Positions 48,316 to 56,512 of a stretch of 64,000 nucleotides of DNA are shown here, in pieces (position 1 is the first letter of the stretch; each line of letters begins with the position of its first letter). The notes under the pieces were generated by a model. That model was not told where the DNA came from and searched no databases. It saw only the letters and a program-made list of their open reading frames with translations. The position numbers were made by a program, and so were the translations under genes. The stretch spans positions 82 through 64,081 of the forward strand of contig DASTSN010000040.1 of assembly GCA_035760665.1 (NCBI GenBank), given 5' to 3'. Origin of the DNA: Chitinophagaceae bacterium (lineage in GTDB: Bacteria; Bacteroidota; Bacteroidia; Chitinophagales; Chitinophagaceae).

Positions 48316-48574
48316 TAAATTTAGAATTTCAATATTAATAAAGTTCTTTAACAGGTTGCTTATGTTTTCTTACGGAAATGATGATGCGGTATAGCTGATT
48401 TTGCTTGTCATTTATAAAAGGATTGTGAAACTTACTGTTGTAAAAGAATTAATAAACTATTTTTGGCAAGCAACGAAAAGAATGAAAACCACGTTCTTAT
48501 ATTTTGCGTAGATAGCAGCAGATTGTTTTACCTGTTGCCGTATCGTCTTCGTAAAATTTGTTCATCAACCCGTA

Positions 48575-49123
48575 TTGATCATGAAACGTTTTTTGGCAAC
48601 TGTTTTATTCAGTTCTTTTACAGCATGGTGTATTGCTCAGCAATATTTGCCCGTGGATGAAGCATCAAAAGTAAAGTTTGTTATTAAAAACCTTGGCATT
48701 AAAACCGGGGGTACTTTTGCAGGATTGACCGGCATCATTGATTTTGATCCATCAAACCTGGCAGCGGCTAGTTTTGACGTAAGCGTGGATGCAAAAACAA
48801 TTGATACCGACATTGAAATGCGCGACAATCATTTACGGAGTGCCGAATATTTTGATGTGGAAAAATATCCGCGTCTTTCATTCAGGTCCACGCAGGTTAC
48901 AAAGTCCAACTCGGCAAAATATCTTTATATGTTTGGCAATATCACCATCAGGGGTATTACAAAAGAAATTAAATTCCCCTTTAAAGCAACACCGAAAGAT
49001 GATGGCTATCTGTTTGAAGCAGAATTTAAACTGAACAGAAGGGATTTTGGTGTCGGTGGCAGTAGTCTCACCCTATCTGATGACCTGACTGTATCACTTT
49101 CGGTGTTTGCGAAAAAAACTTAA
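48575..49123 (+). CDS. YceI-like polyisoprenoid-binding periplasmic protein
   Basis: Signal peptide; VKFVIKNLGIKTGGTFAGLTGIIDFDP...IEMRDNHLRSAEYFDVEKYPRLSFRS YceI signature. Confidence 0.85.
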   Translation: MIMKRFLATVLFSSFTAWCIAQQYLPVDEASKVKFVIKNLGIKTGGTFAGLTGIIDFDPSNLAAASFDVSVDAKTIDTDIEMRDNHLRSAEYFDVEKYPRLSFRSTQVTKSNSAKYLYMFGNITIRGITKEIKFPFKATPKDDGYLFEAEFKLNRRDFGVGGSSLTLSDDLTVSLSVFAKKT

Positions 49124-49150
49124 TTTGTCGCAAACAATTGAAGAAACCAT

Positions 49151-49648
49151 ATGCTGCAAAACGCGATACAAAACGTATTTGTACAATTAACCACCACTCT
49201 TGACCAGCTAAACCGGCAGCAATATTCGCAGCCCTGTCGTACATTATTCAATGCTACAATTGGCCAGCATGTTCGGCACATCATTGAGTTGTTTCAGTGT
49301 CTCGAAAACGGCTATGCGTCCGGGTCGGTGAATTATGAAAAAAGAAAAAGAGATACTGCCATTGAAACCAATCCACAGTTGGCCGTTTCTTTACTCAAGC
49401 AAATTTATACGCAACTCAACAGACCAGATAAACAGCTGCAACTGGAATGTGCGTATGATGAAGGATCACCGGAAACTGTCATAATAGCCACCAATTACTT
49501 TCGTGAAATCGTTTACAATCTTGAACATACAATTCACCACATGGCATTGATCAGGGTGGGGATCAAAGAAGTTGCGAATGTGCAGCTGCCCGAAAATTTT
49601 GGAGTGGCACCTTCTACCAGCAAATATCGCCAGTCATGTGCACAGTAA
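49151..49648 (+). CDS. DinB_2/YfiT-like four-helix-bundle (putative metal-dependent) protein
   Basis: 165 aa; His-containing motifs GQHVRHIIELF and EHTIHHMALI at positions expected for DinB-type metal triad; overlaps NRDE gene by 13 nt. Confidence 0.4.
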   Translation: MLQNAIQNVFVQLTTTLDQLNRQQYSQPCRTLFNATIGQHVRHIIELFQCLENGYASGSVNYEKRKRDTAIETNPQLAVSLLKQIYTQLNRPDKQLQLECAYDEGSPETVIIATNYFREIVYNLEHTIHHMALIRVGIKEVANVQLPENFGVAPSTSKYRQSCAQ

Positions 49649-50367
49649 CGTTTTTGCCCTATAAAGAAAAAGTTTTTATCACCTCGAACCGTGATGAAAA
49701 ACACTGGAGGTCGCCGGCCATCCCACCGGATTCTTATGATTTTTCCACGGGCAGGATCTTTTTTCCCAAAGATGGCGATGCAGGTGGTACCTGGTTTGCT
49801 GTGCACGAAAACGGGCAAGTAGTTGTGCTGCTCAACGGTGCTTTCCGGTTCCATCTGTCGCAGCCCCCTTACCGGAAAAGCCGCGGGGTAATTGTATTAG
49901 AGCTGGTGCAAACGGCTTCCCCTTTTGACTCATTTCGTTCTGTGAATCTTGAAAATATCGAGCCTTTCACGCTGGTGTTGTGGGAAAGAGATCAGTTGTT
50001 TGAATGCCGCTGGGATGGCGAAAAAAAACATGCCGTTATGCTGGATAAATCCATACCGCATATCTGGTCGTCTGCAACATTGTACGATGAAAAAATAGCG
50101 GCGGAACGAAAGGCCTGGTTTACGGCATGGCTGCAGGGGCAATCATCTTTTTCACAAAACGATCTTTTCCATTTTCACCGGTTTGCTGGCCACGGGGATC
50201 CTGCAAATGGCCTGATGATGAACCGCGACGGCAAAGTCTTCACCGTAAGCATTACAGGTGTTGAAATTTCACCTGCTCTTGCCCGCCTGCAATATTTTGA
50301 TGCAATGCAGAACGATTTTTATCTGCGTGAAATAAATCTTCAAAAAGAGCTTGTTGTAAAATCATGA
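49636..50367 (+). CDS. NRDE (TANGO2-like, DUF833) family protein
   Basis: N-terminal MCTVTFLP...ITSNRDE signature of NRDE family; 243 aa; stop overlaps paralog-B start (ATGA). Confidence 0.75.
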   Translation: MCTVTFLPYKEKVFITSNRDEKHWRSPAIPPDSYDFSTGRIFFPKDGDAGGTWFAVHENGQVVVLLNGAFRFHLSQPPYRKSRGVIVLELVQTASPFDSFRSVNLENIEPFTLVLWERDQLFECRWDGEKKHAVMLDKSIPHIWSSATLYDEKIAAERKAWFTAWLQGQSSFSQNDLFHFHRFAGHGDPANGLMMNRDGKVFTVSITGVEISPALARLQYFDAMQNDFYLREINLQKELVVKS

Positions 50368-51446
50368 ATGGATTGCTACGCGTCCTGCACAAACCTTTTT
50401 TTATCAAACTTTTGCATTGGGAATACTGGAGTATGACAGCTGTCTACGCTCTGATTTACCCCATTTTTTTATGGTTTTGTATCCGCAGCGGCTGGAAGTA
50501 CTTTTTTACAGCAGCCAATCCCCGTATTCGTTATGGTGGATTTTTAATGGAATCCAAAAAAGAAATCTACGACCAGTTGCCGCCGGGAACATATCCCCGT
50601 ACAATTTTAGTGGTTGCCGGCACTACGATGGATTCCCTGCTAGAAAAAGTACAGCAGGCAAAACTGCAATTCCCGCTAATTGCCAAACCTGATATTGGTA
50701 TGCGTGGGTTGGCTGTAAAAAAAATTGATTCGCCGGAAGCTTTAATCGCAACTGCGCCACGGTACAAGGTTGATTTCCTGCTGCAGGAATTTGTGCCCTT
50801 CGAAAATGAAGTGGGGATTTTTTATTATCGCTTTCCCGGGGAGGAGCGAGGCCGTTTTACCGGCATTGTGGCAAAAGAATTTTTAACCGTAACCGGCGAC
50901 GGTACACAAACGCTTGAATCGCTTTTGCAGGCAGACAAACGGTTTGTTTTGCAACTGGATGCCCTCCGGAAAGAATACGGGCAATCGATGAAAACTGTGC
51001 TGCCGGCAGGCGAAAAAAGGTTGCTGGTTCCCTATGGTAACCATGCAAGAGGTGCCAAGTTCCTTGATCACAGTTACCTGATTGATGAGGAACTACTGGC
51101 GGTTATTGATACACTATGCCGGCAGGTTCCTGATTTTTATTACGGACGACTGGATCTCCGGTATAACACCTGGGAAGAACTTCGGCAGGGTAAAAACGTT
51201 GCTGTTATTGAACTGAATGGCGCGGGCAGCGAGCCCACCCATATGTATGATCCCGCTCATTCACTGTTTTTTGCCTGGAAAGAAATTATTCGTCACTGGC
51301 ATATATTATGGAAAATTAGTGATCAGAATCACCGCCGGGGATTTCCTTACATGAGCTATTCTCAAGGTGCTGCAATGTTCAGGGATCATCGCAGGTACGT
51401 AAAAAAGTTGCAACAGGTACATCTCGCATTATTATCACATTCCTGA
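50364..51446 (+). CDS. Uncharacterised ATP-grasp-like ligase family protein, paralog B
   Basis: 360 aa; IAKPDIGMRGLAV, VIELNGAGSEPTHMYD; colinear similarity to 46067-47110 along whole length. Confidence 0.45.
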   Translation: MNGLLRVLHKPFFIKLLHWEYWSMTAVYALIYPIFLWFCIRSGWKYFFTAANPRIRYGGFLMESKKEIYDQLPPGTYPRTILVVAGTTMDSLLEKVQQAKLQFPLIAKPDIGMRGLAVKKIDSPEALIATAPRYKVDFLLQEFVPFENEVGIFYYRFPGEERGRFTGIVAKEFLTVTGDGTQTLESLLQADKRFVLQLDALRKEYGQSMKTVLPAGEKRLLVPYGNHARGAKFLDHSYLIDEELLAVIDTLCRQVPDFYYGRLDLRYNTWEELRQGKNVAVIELNGAGSEPTHMYDPAHSLFFAWKEIIRHWHILWKISDQNHRRGFPYMSYSQGAAMFRDHRRYVKKLQQVHLALLSHS

Positions 51447-51518
51447 AGAACTGACCACAATCATTTCCTTAGTTAAGTATTGTATTTTGCTGGTTTTGAT
51501 TAGTCCGTATTTTTACAA

Positions 51519-52217
51519 ATGCACAAACTGCTAAAGATTTTTTTTACTGGTATGCTGATCAGTTTTCTGGGATCGCTGCCGCTGGGAACCTTGAATGTAG
51601 CGGCTATGCAGATATCCGTTACCGAAAGCGTAGAGCATGCCATTTTATTTGCCATCGGCTCACTGATGGCGGAGATGGTGTATGTACGCCTGTCGCTGGT
51701 GGCCATGGACTGGATTCGGAAACAGGAACGTATTTTTCGCATACTCGAGTGGGTAACACTTGCCATCATCGTGGCGCTGGCGTTTTCGAGTTTTTATGCC
51801 GCCCTGCATCCTAAGGTGGAAAAAAATATTATTCTCAGCAGTACACTGCCAAAGTTCCTGCTTGGTTTGCTAATGAGTGCAGTGAATCCCGTACAGATAC
51901 CCTTCTGGTTTGGCTGGAGTACGGTATTGTTTACAAAAAAGATTTTGTTGCCGCGAAATGATCACTACAATTCCTATATCATTGGTATTGGCATTGGAAC
52001 CTTTATTGGCAATTGTGTTTTTATCTTTGGTGGCCGGTTGATGGTGGAACGGCTGAACTCCAATCAGCATATCTTAAACTGGGTGATTGGTGGTATTTTC
52101 GCCATAACGGCCCTCATACAGGTTTGGCGGATGGTCCTGAAGCGAAAAACGATTCATGAAAAACTGGAGCATCCCGAACAGGTAACACACGGACTGGAAG
52201 ATAAAATCATCAAATAA
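51519..52217 (+). CDS. LysE/RhtB-type amino-acid/metabolite exporter family membrane protein
   Basis: 232 aa; 6 TM; LGSLPLGTLN N-terminal motif typical of LysE superfamily. Confidence 0.65.
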   Translation: MHKLLKIFFTGMLISFLGSLPLGTLNVAAMQISVTESVEHAILFAIGSLMAEMVYVRLSLVAMDWIRKQERIFRILEWVTLAIIVALAFSSFYAALHPKVEKNIILSSTLPKFLLGLLMSAVNPVQIPFWFGWSTVLFTKKILLPRNDHYNSYIIGIGIGTFIGNCVFIFGGRLMVERLNSNQHILNWVIGGIFAITALIQVWRMVLKRKTIHEKLEHPEQVTHGLEDKIIK

Positions 52218-52230
52218 AACCACTTGCATT

Positions 52231-52725
52231 ATGGCATTAAAAGACGCATTATTGGCTGAATTCAAACACGAAGCTGCAGCAACTCAAAAATTACTGGAAA
52301 AAGTACCAGTTGCATCCAGCACCTGGAAACCGCATGAAAAATCAATGACGCTGGGGAGGCTTGCCACCCACATTGCAGAAATTCCCTACTGGATTGTAGA
52401 AATTCTTGGGAAGGATGAATTTGACTTTGCGGCCCGCCCATATAACCCACGTGTGGCGGCCACGCATGAAGAGCTGATGGAGATCTTTTCTAAAAATGTA
52501 GAGCAGGCAGCAGAAGCTTTATCCGCAGCGGACGACAACCTGCTGAATAAGACCTGGACTGTGCGTAACGGTGAGCACATTATGTTTGCAGCGCCTAAGA
52601 AGGTGGCCATCAGGGGTTGGGCATTTAACCACCAGTATCATCACAGGGGACAACTTTCGGTTTACCTGCGCCTGCTGGATATTCCGGTTCCGGGCATGTA
52701 CGGTCCCAGTGCGGATGAGCTGTAA
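52231..52725 (+). CDS. DinB family protein (paralog 1)
   Basis: 164 aa; WKPHEKSMT..RLATHIAE.P.W and QYHHRGQLSVYLRLLDIPVPGMYGPSADE; about 50% identical to 55870-56367. Confidence 0.7.
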   Translation: MALKDALLAEFKHEAAATQKLLEKVPVASSTWKPHEKSMTLGRLATHIAEIPYWIVEILGKDEFDFAARPYNPRVAATHEELMEIFSKNVEQAAEALSAADDNLLNKTWTVRNGEHIMFAAPKKVAIRGWAFNHQYHHRGQLSVYLRLLDIPVPGMYGPSADEL

Positions 52726-52731
52726 AACAGT

Positions 52732-53061
52732 TTAATCGACAATAAAAAGTTTGCAGCCATCGCGGCTTACAGAGCGGTGCGCCATCGAGCCATCGCCAAC
52801 AAAGTAAGTCATGCCGGGAGTTATTTTCATAACGCGTCCGTCGGCAAGTTCTGTATCCATTTCGCCTTCGATACACAGGATAATATGCCCTTTGTTGCAC
52901 CAGTGATCGGCTTTGTATTGCGGCGAATACTCCACCATTCTTACCCGAATGTCATTGACGTGTACCGTTTGCCAGTAAGCAGTGCCGGTTTCTCCTTGGT
53001 GTTCTTCTTTTGGAACTGTCTCCCATCGCAACGTTTGAAAATCAAAGGGGGCAATATTCAT
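52732..53061 (-). CDS. Cupin-fold protein (DHCW-motif-like)
   Basis: Start at MNIAPFDFQ; ADHWCNKGHIILCIEGE metal-binding-like motif; the 49-codon N-terminal extension in the track (MAITTTTTRPRPR...) looks non-coding. Confidence 0.6.
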   Translation of the reverse strand: MNIAPFDFQTLRWETVPKEEHQGETGTAYWQTVHVNDIRVRMVEYSPQYKADHWCNKGHIILCIEGEMDTELADGRVMKITPGMTYFVGDGSMAHRSVSRDGCKLFIVD

Positions 53062-53116
53062 CGTTACTCGTTTATAACAGCAAGGTGATAAATATTTTGT
53101 ATTTTCTCTGCGGAAA

Positions 53117-54544
53117 TTGTATAAACAGCAACAGATTGTTATGAATGCTCCCAGCCAGCTTAACCGTTCTCTCGGCCTCGGTCTTGTTGTGGTCGTTGTG
53201 ATTGCCAATATTATCGGTTCCGGGGTTTATAAAAAAGTGGCACCAATGGCTGCTGAGTTGCATGCATCGGGCTGGGTACTCATTTGCTGGGTGCTGGCTG
53301 GTATCATCAGCCTTTTTGGGGCCTTAAGCAATGCGGAAGTGGCAGGCCTGCTGGCTGATACCGGCGGGGAATATGTATATTATCAAAAAATCTACAACCG
53401 TTTTTTTGCCTTCCTGTTCGGCTGGTCATTATTTACCATAATTCAAACCGCAGCTATTTCTTCATTAGCCTATGTGTTTGCCCAGTCGCTCAACAGTATT
53501 GTACACTTGCCACCCATATTGTCATCCTGGTCTGATGTCTCCATTGCCGGCATATTTTATCCTTATGCTGATTTCCAGGTCAAGCTTACCGCCATTATAA
53601 TCATAGCGCTGTTTACCTGGTTTAACAGTCGTGGCGTCAGAACCGGTGCCGGTTTAAGTAGAGTGATACTGTTACTGGTTTTTGCCGGCATTTTCACAAT
53701 TATCATTTTCGGCCTCAGCAGCAGACAGGCGAATATTTCCGATGTTTTTTCTTTACACCAGGATCCCGGAAACCCGGTACACTTCAGCGCTATATTTACG
53801 GCCATGCTCGCTGCTTTCTGGGCTTACCAGGGCTGGGCTACCATCGGGTATATTGGCGGTGAAGTAAAAAATGCACGACGTGTGTTACCCGTTGGTATGG
53901 CCATCGGCATGGCTATTGTTATCAGCACATACTTGCTGGTAAATACTACCTATTTGTCCTTGCTCCCTATTAGTCGGTTGCAGGATATCTATACCAGCAC
54001 AAACAGTATTGCGGCAGTGGAAGCGGTGCGGGTTTTTTGGGGTACAAACGGGGCGATATTTATCTCTTCCCTAATTGCACTGACTACACTGGGCTGTGTT
54101 CATGCGACAATACTGGTAAGTTGCAGAACGTATTTTGCGATGGCCCGGGAAGGAATGTTTTTTAAAAGTGCAGGTAAACTGAATAACAGGCAGGTGCCTG
54201 TTAATTCGTTGTGGATGCAGGGATTGTGGGCCTGCATGCTCGTATTGTCCGGTACTTTCGATCAGCTGACGGATATGATTATTTTTAGTGTGTTTTTATT
54301 CTATGGGGCAACCACTTTGGGCGTTTTTATCCTGCGAAAAAAAATGCCCGATGCGCCGCGTCCTTACAAAGTTTGGGGCTACCCGGTGGTGCCGGCATTG
54401 GTGGTATTGTTTTGCGCAGTTCTTTTTATCAACACCATCTTTGCCAGGCCCCGGGAGGCTGGGGTCGGTATTGTACTTATGCTCACGGGTGTTCCTTTCT
54501 ATTTTTGGTTCAGGAAAAAATACCCACAAACCATTAAATCGTAA
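53117..54544 (+). CDS. APC superfamily amino-acid permease
   Basis: 475 aa; 12 TM; N-terminal GSGVYK consensus region; real start may be internal Met at 53141. Confidence 0.85.
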   Translation: MYKQQQIVMNAPSQLNRSLGLGLVVVVVIANIIGSGVYKKVAPMAAELHASGWVLICWVLAGIISLFGALSNAEVAGLLADTGGEYVYYQKIYNRFFAFLFGWSLFTIIQTAAISSLAYVFAQSLNSIVHLPPILSSWSDVSIAGIFYPYADFQVKLTAIIIIALFTWFNSRGVRTGAGLSRVILLLVFAGIFTIIIFGLSSRQANISDVFSLHQDPGNPVHFSAIFTAMLAAFWAYQGWATIGYIGGEVKNARRVLPVGMAIGMAIVISTYLLVNTTYLSLLPISRLQDIYTSTNSIAAVEAVRVFWGTNGAIFISSLIALTTLGCVHATILVSCRTYFAMAREGMFFKSAGKLNNRQVPVNSLWMQGLWACMLVLSGTFDQLTDMIIFSVFLFYGATTLGVFILRKKMPDAPRPYKVWGYPVVPALVVLFCAVLFINTIFARPREAGVGIVLMLTGVPFYFWFRKKYPQTIKS

Positions 54545-54548
54545 CATA

Positions 54549-55139
54549 TCAATGCTTGCCGGGCAGTCGATTATTAAGCGACAAGGCATACATCACCATA
54601 TTATCAGGATCTTCCGGAGAAGTACCGGCTGTTATATTTTGTGAATGGATTTGCAGCCTGAAATGAAAATACTTAAGCAGCGAAACCGACGCTTCATTAT
54701 CGGCCCTGGTCCACGCTTCTATTGTTGACAGTTGCATGGTATCAAATCCAAAACGAAGAACGGGTGTCACTGCTTCCCGCATAAATCCCTTACCGCGGTA
54801 ATTCGGCAATAATTCGTATCCTATTTCGGCACTGTTTTTTTCCTGCGAGAGATTCCATAAACATACGGTGCCGATTAATTGATCTGTATCCTGAAGGACA
54901 ATGACCCAATAAAGCCATTCTTTTTTTGCAATACCGGTATTGATTTTATCAATAAACCGGTGAACATCATCCATTGAAACCGGGGCAGGCCTGTCAAGAT
55001 ACTTGTTAACTTCAGGATGGGACCGCAGCTCAAACAGCTGCTGCGCATCCAAGGCCAGGGGCTGGCGCAGCAGCAAACGTGCGGTAGCTAATTGTGGAAA
55101 AGCTGTAAATGAAATGATAGGCATGCAAGTGTAATTCAA
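54549..55139 (-). CDS. GNAT family N-acetyltransferase (RimJ/RimL-like)
   Basis: 196 aa; NYRGKGFMREAV acetyl-CoA site. Confidence 0.8.
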   Translation of the reverse strand: MNYTCMPIISFTAFPQLATARLLLRQPLALDAQQLFELRSHPEVNKYLDRPAPVSMDDVHRFIDKINTGIAKKEWLYWVIVLQDTDQLIGTVCLWNLSQEKNSAEIGYELLPNYRGKGFMREAVTPVLRFGFDTMQLSTIEAWTRADNEASVSLLKYFHFRLQIHSQNITAGTSPEDPDNMVMYALSLNNRLPGKH

Positions 55140-55171
55140 TAATGATGACTTTGTTAAAAGTTGCTGAGAGA

Positions 55172-55594
55172 TTACAACACTAAATTATCATTCTCGTCAA
55201 GTTCCCAAAATGGATTATAGGCCACTTCAATAACATGGCCGTCTAAATCTTTAAAGTAGCCGCTGTAACCACCCCAAAATGCTTTTTGGGGTGGTTTGAT
55301 GACAGAGGCGCCCAGCGTAGCAACTTTTGCCATTACCTCATCTACTTCTTTTTCAGATTTGGCATTGTAAGAAAGAGTCAAACCGGAAAAATTTGAAGGT
55401 TCATAATTCAGCATGGCATCTTTGGCAAGTTCTGCCCGCGGGTAAAGTGCCAGCGAAATGCCCCCGAGCGGAAAGAGCGCCAAATCGTCCATACTTTTAT
55501 CCGATTTTTTCCAGCCAAGGCCTTTTTCGTAAAATGCCACTGAGTTTTTAAAATTGTCAACACCCAGTGTGATCAGATTTAACTTTTGTCGCAT
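55172..55594 (-). CDS. VOC (glyoxalase/bleomycin-resistance) family protein
   Basis: 140 aa; paired beta-alpha-beta-beta-beta modules, GVDNFKNSVAFYEKGLGW. Confidence 0.8.
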   Translation of the reverse strand: MRQKLNLITLGVDNFKNSVAFYEKGLGWKKSDKSMDDLALFPLGGISLALYPRAELAKDAMLNYEPSNFSGLTLSYNAKSEKEVDEVMAKVATLGASVIKPPQKAFWGGYSGYFKDLDGHVIEVAYNPFWELDENDNLVL

Positions 55595-55793
55595 GATAAA
55601 AAATAAATTTTTGAGAGGATAATTTTTTCCAGGATACTTTTCTATCTGCAGTTTTCAATTAATCCGAGCGATCATCTTCGTGGTAGCGGATACCGGGTTA
55701 GCTACTATTATTGCTAGTTAAAAATCGATTTCCTTAAAGCTTTGTCCGGTGAACTTTTTCGATGTTGCCGGCTAAATTTATAAAAGTAAAGTA

Positions 55794-55822
55794 AAAAAGC
55801 CGGTTGAAGACGCGGCTTTTTA
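55794..55822. terminator. Bidirectional intrinsic terminator
   Basis: aaaaagccg-gttgaagacg-cggcttttt (9-bp stem including A/T flanks). Confidence 0.7.
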
Positions 55823-55869
55823 TGATAATGAAGAACGGATGTTTTTGCGTGCTTATTTATTGTCCCTGT

Positions 55870-56367
55870 TCAAAAGCCCGGTTCGTCGGCGCTGGGTCCG
55901 TAACTGCCGGGAATCGGGATATTGAGCAGCCGCAGGTATACTCCCAGTTGCGCCCTGTGATGAACAATTTGGCAATAAGCCATGCGGATCACTTCGCCCT
56001 TGGGCGATACGTCATAAATATTTTTTCCATTGCGCAGAGTCCAGTTTGGCTGCAGGTCTTCATCTTTAGCCGTGGCAAGCTGCGCTTTTCCGGCTGCCAA
56101 TACCTGCTCAAAATAATCCATCAATTCAGCATTGTTGCGAAGGTTGGCAGGTTGGTAATCATTATAGGCAAAATCAAGTTCATCTGTCGTAAGTACCATA
56201 GTTACCCAGCCGGGAAGCTCAGCAATATGTGTTGCCAGCCTTTGTACCGTCATGCTTTTCTCATGCGGTTTCCAGTTCCATTGCTCATCAGGTACTCGTT
56301 GTAGCATTTTGCGGGTTGTCTGGCTTTCTTTTTCCATTTCTTTCAGGAGCGATTGAATCATTGACAT
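55870..56367 (-). CDS. DinB family protein (paralog 2)
   Basis: 165 aa; same motif set as 52231-52725 (WKPHEKSMT, HHRAQLGVYLRLLNIPIPGSYGPSADE). Confidence 0.7.
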   Translation of the reverse strand: MSMIQSLLKEMEKESQTTRKMLQRVPDEQWNWKPHEKSMTVQRLATHIAELPGWVTMVLTTDELDFAYNDYQPANLRNNAELMDYFEQVLAAGKAQLATAKDEDLQPNWTLRNGKNIYDVSPKGEVIRMAYCQIVHHRAQLGVYLRLLNIPIPGSYGPSADEPGF

Positions 56368-56512
56368 AGTTGATTGTTTTAGTTTTTCAAAGTAAATACA
56401 GGGTAGTGACAGCCCTATGTCAGCAGGGGAGAGATATTTTGTGCTTTGTCAATAGATGTAACCATTTATCCAGATTTTTTTTGCCCCGTTTGCGGAAAAT
56501 GTATCTTGTTGC

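Noticed and set aside
52732-53208. Full-length 158-aa version of the cupin ORF
   Set aside because: The first 49 codons (MAITTTTTRPRPRERLS...) are low-complexity and Cys-rich with no homologous signal. The conserved cupin starts at internal Met MNIAPFDFQ (53061).
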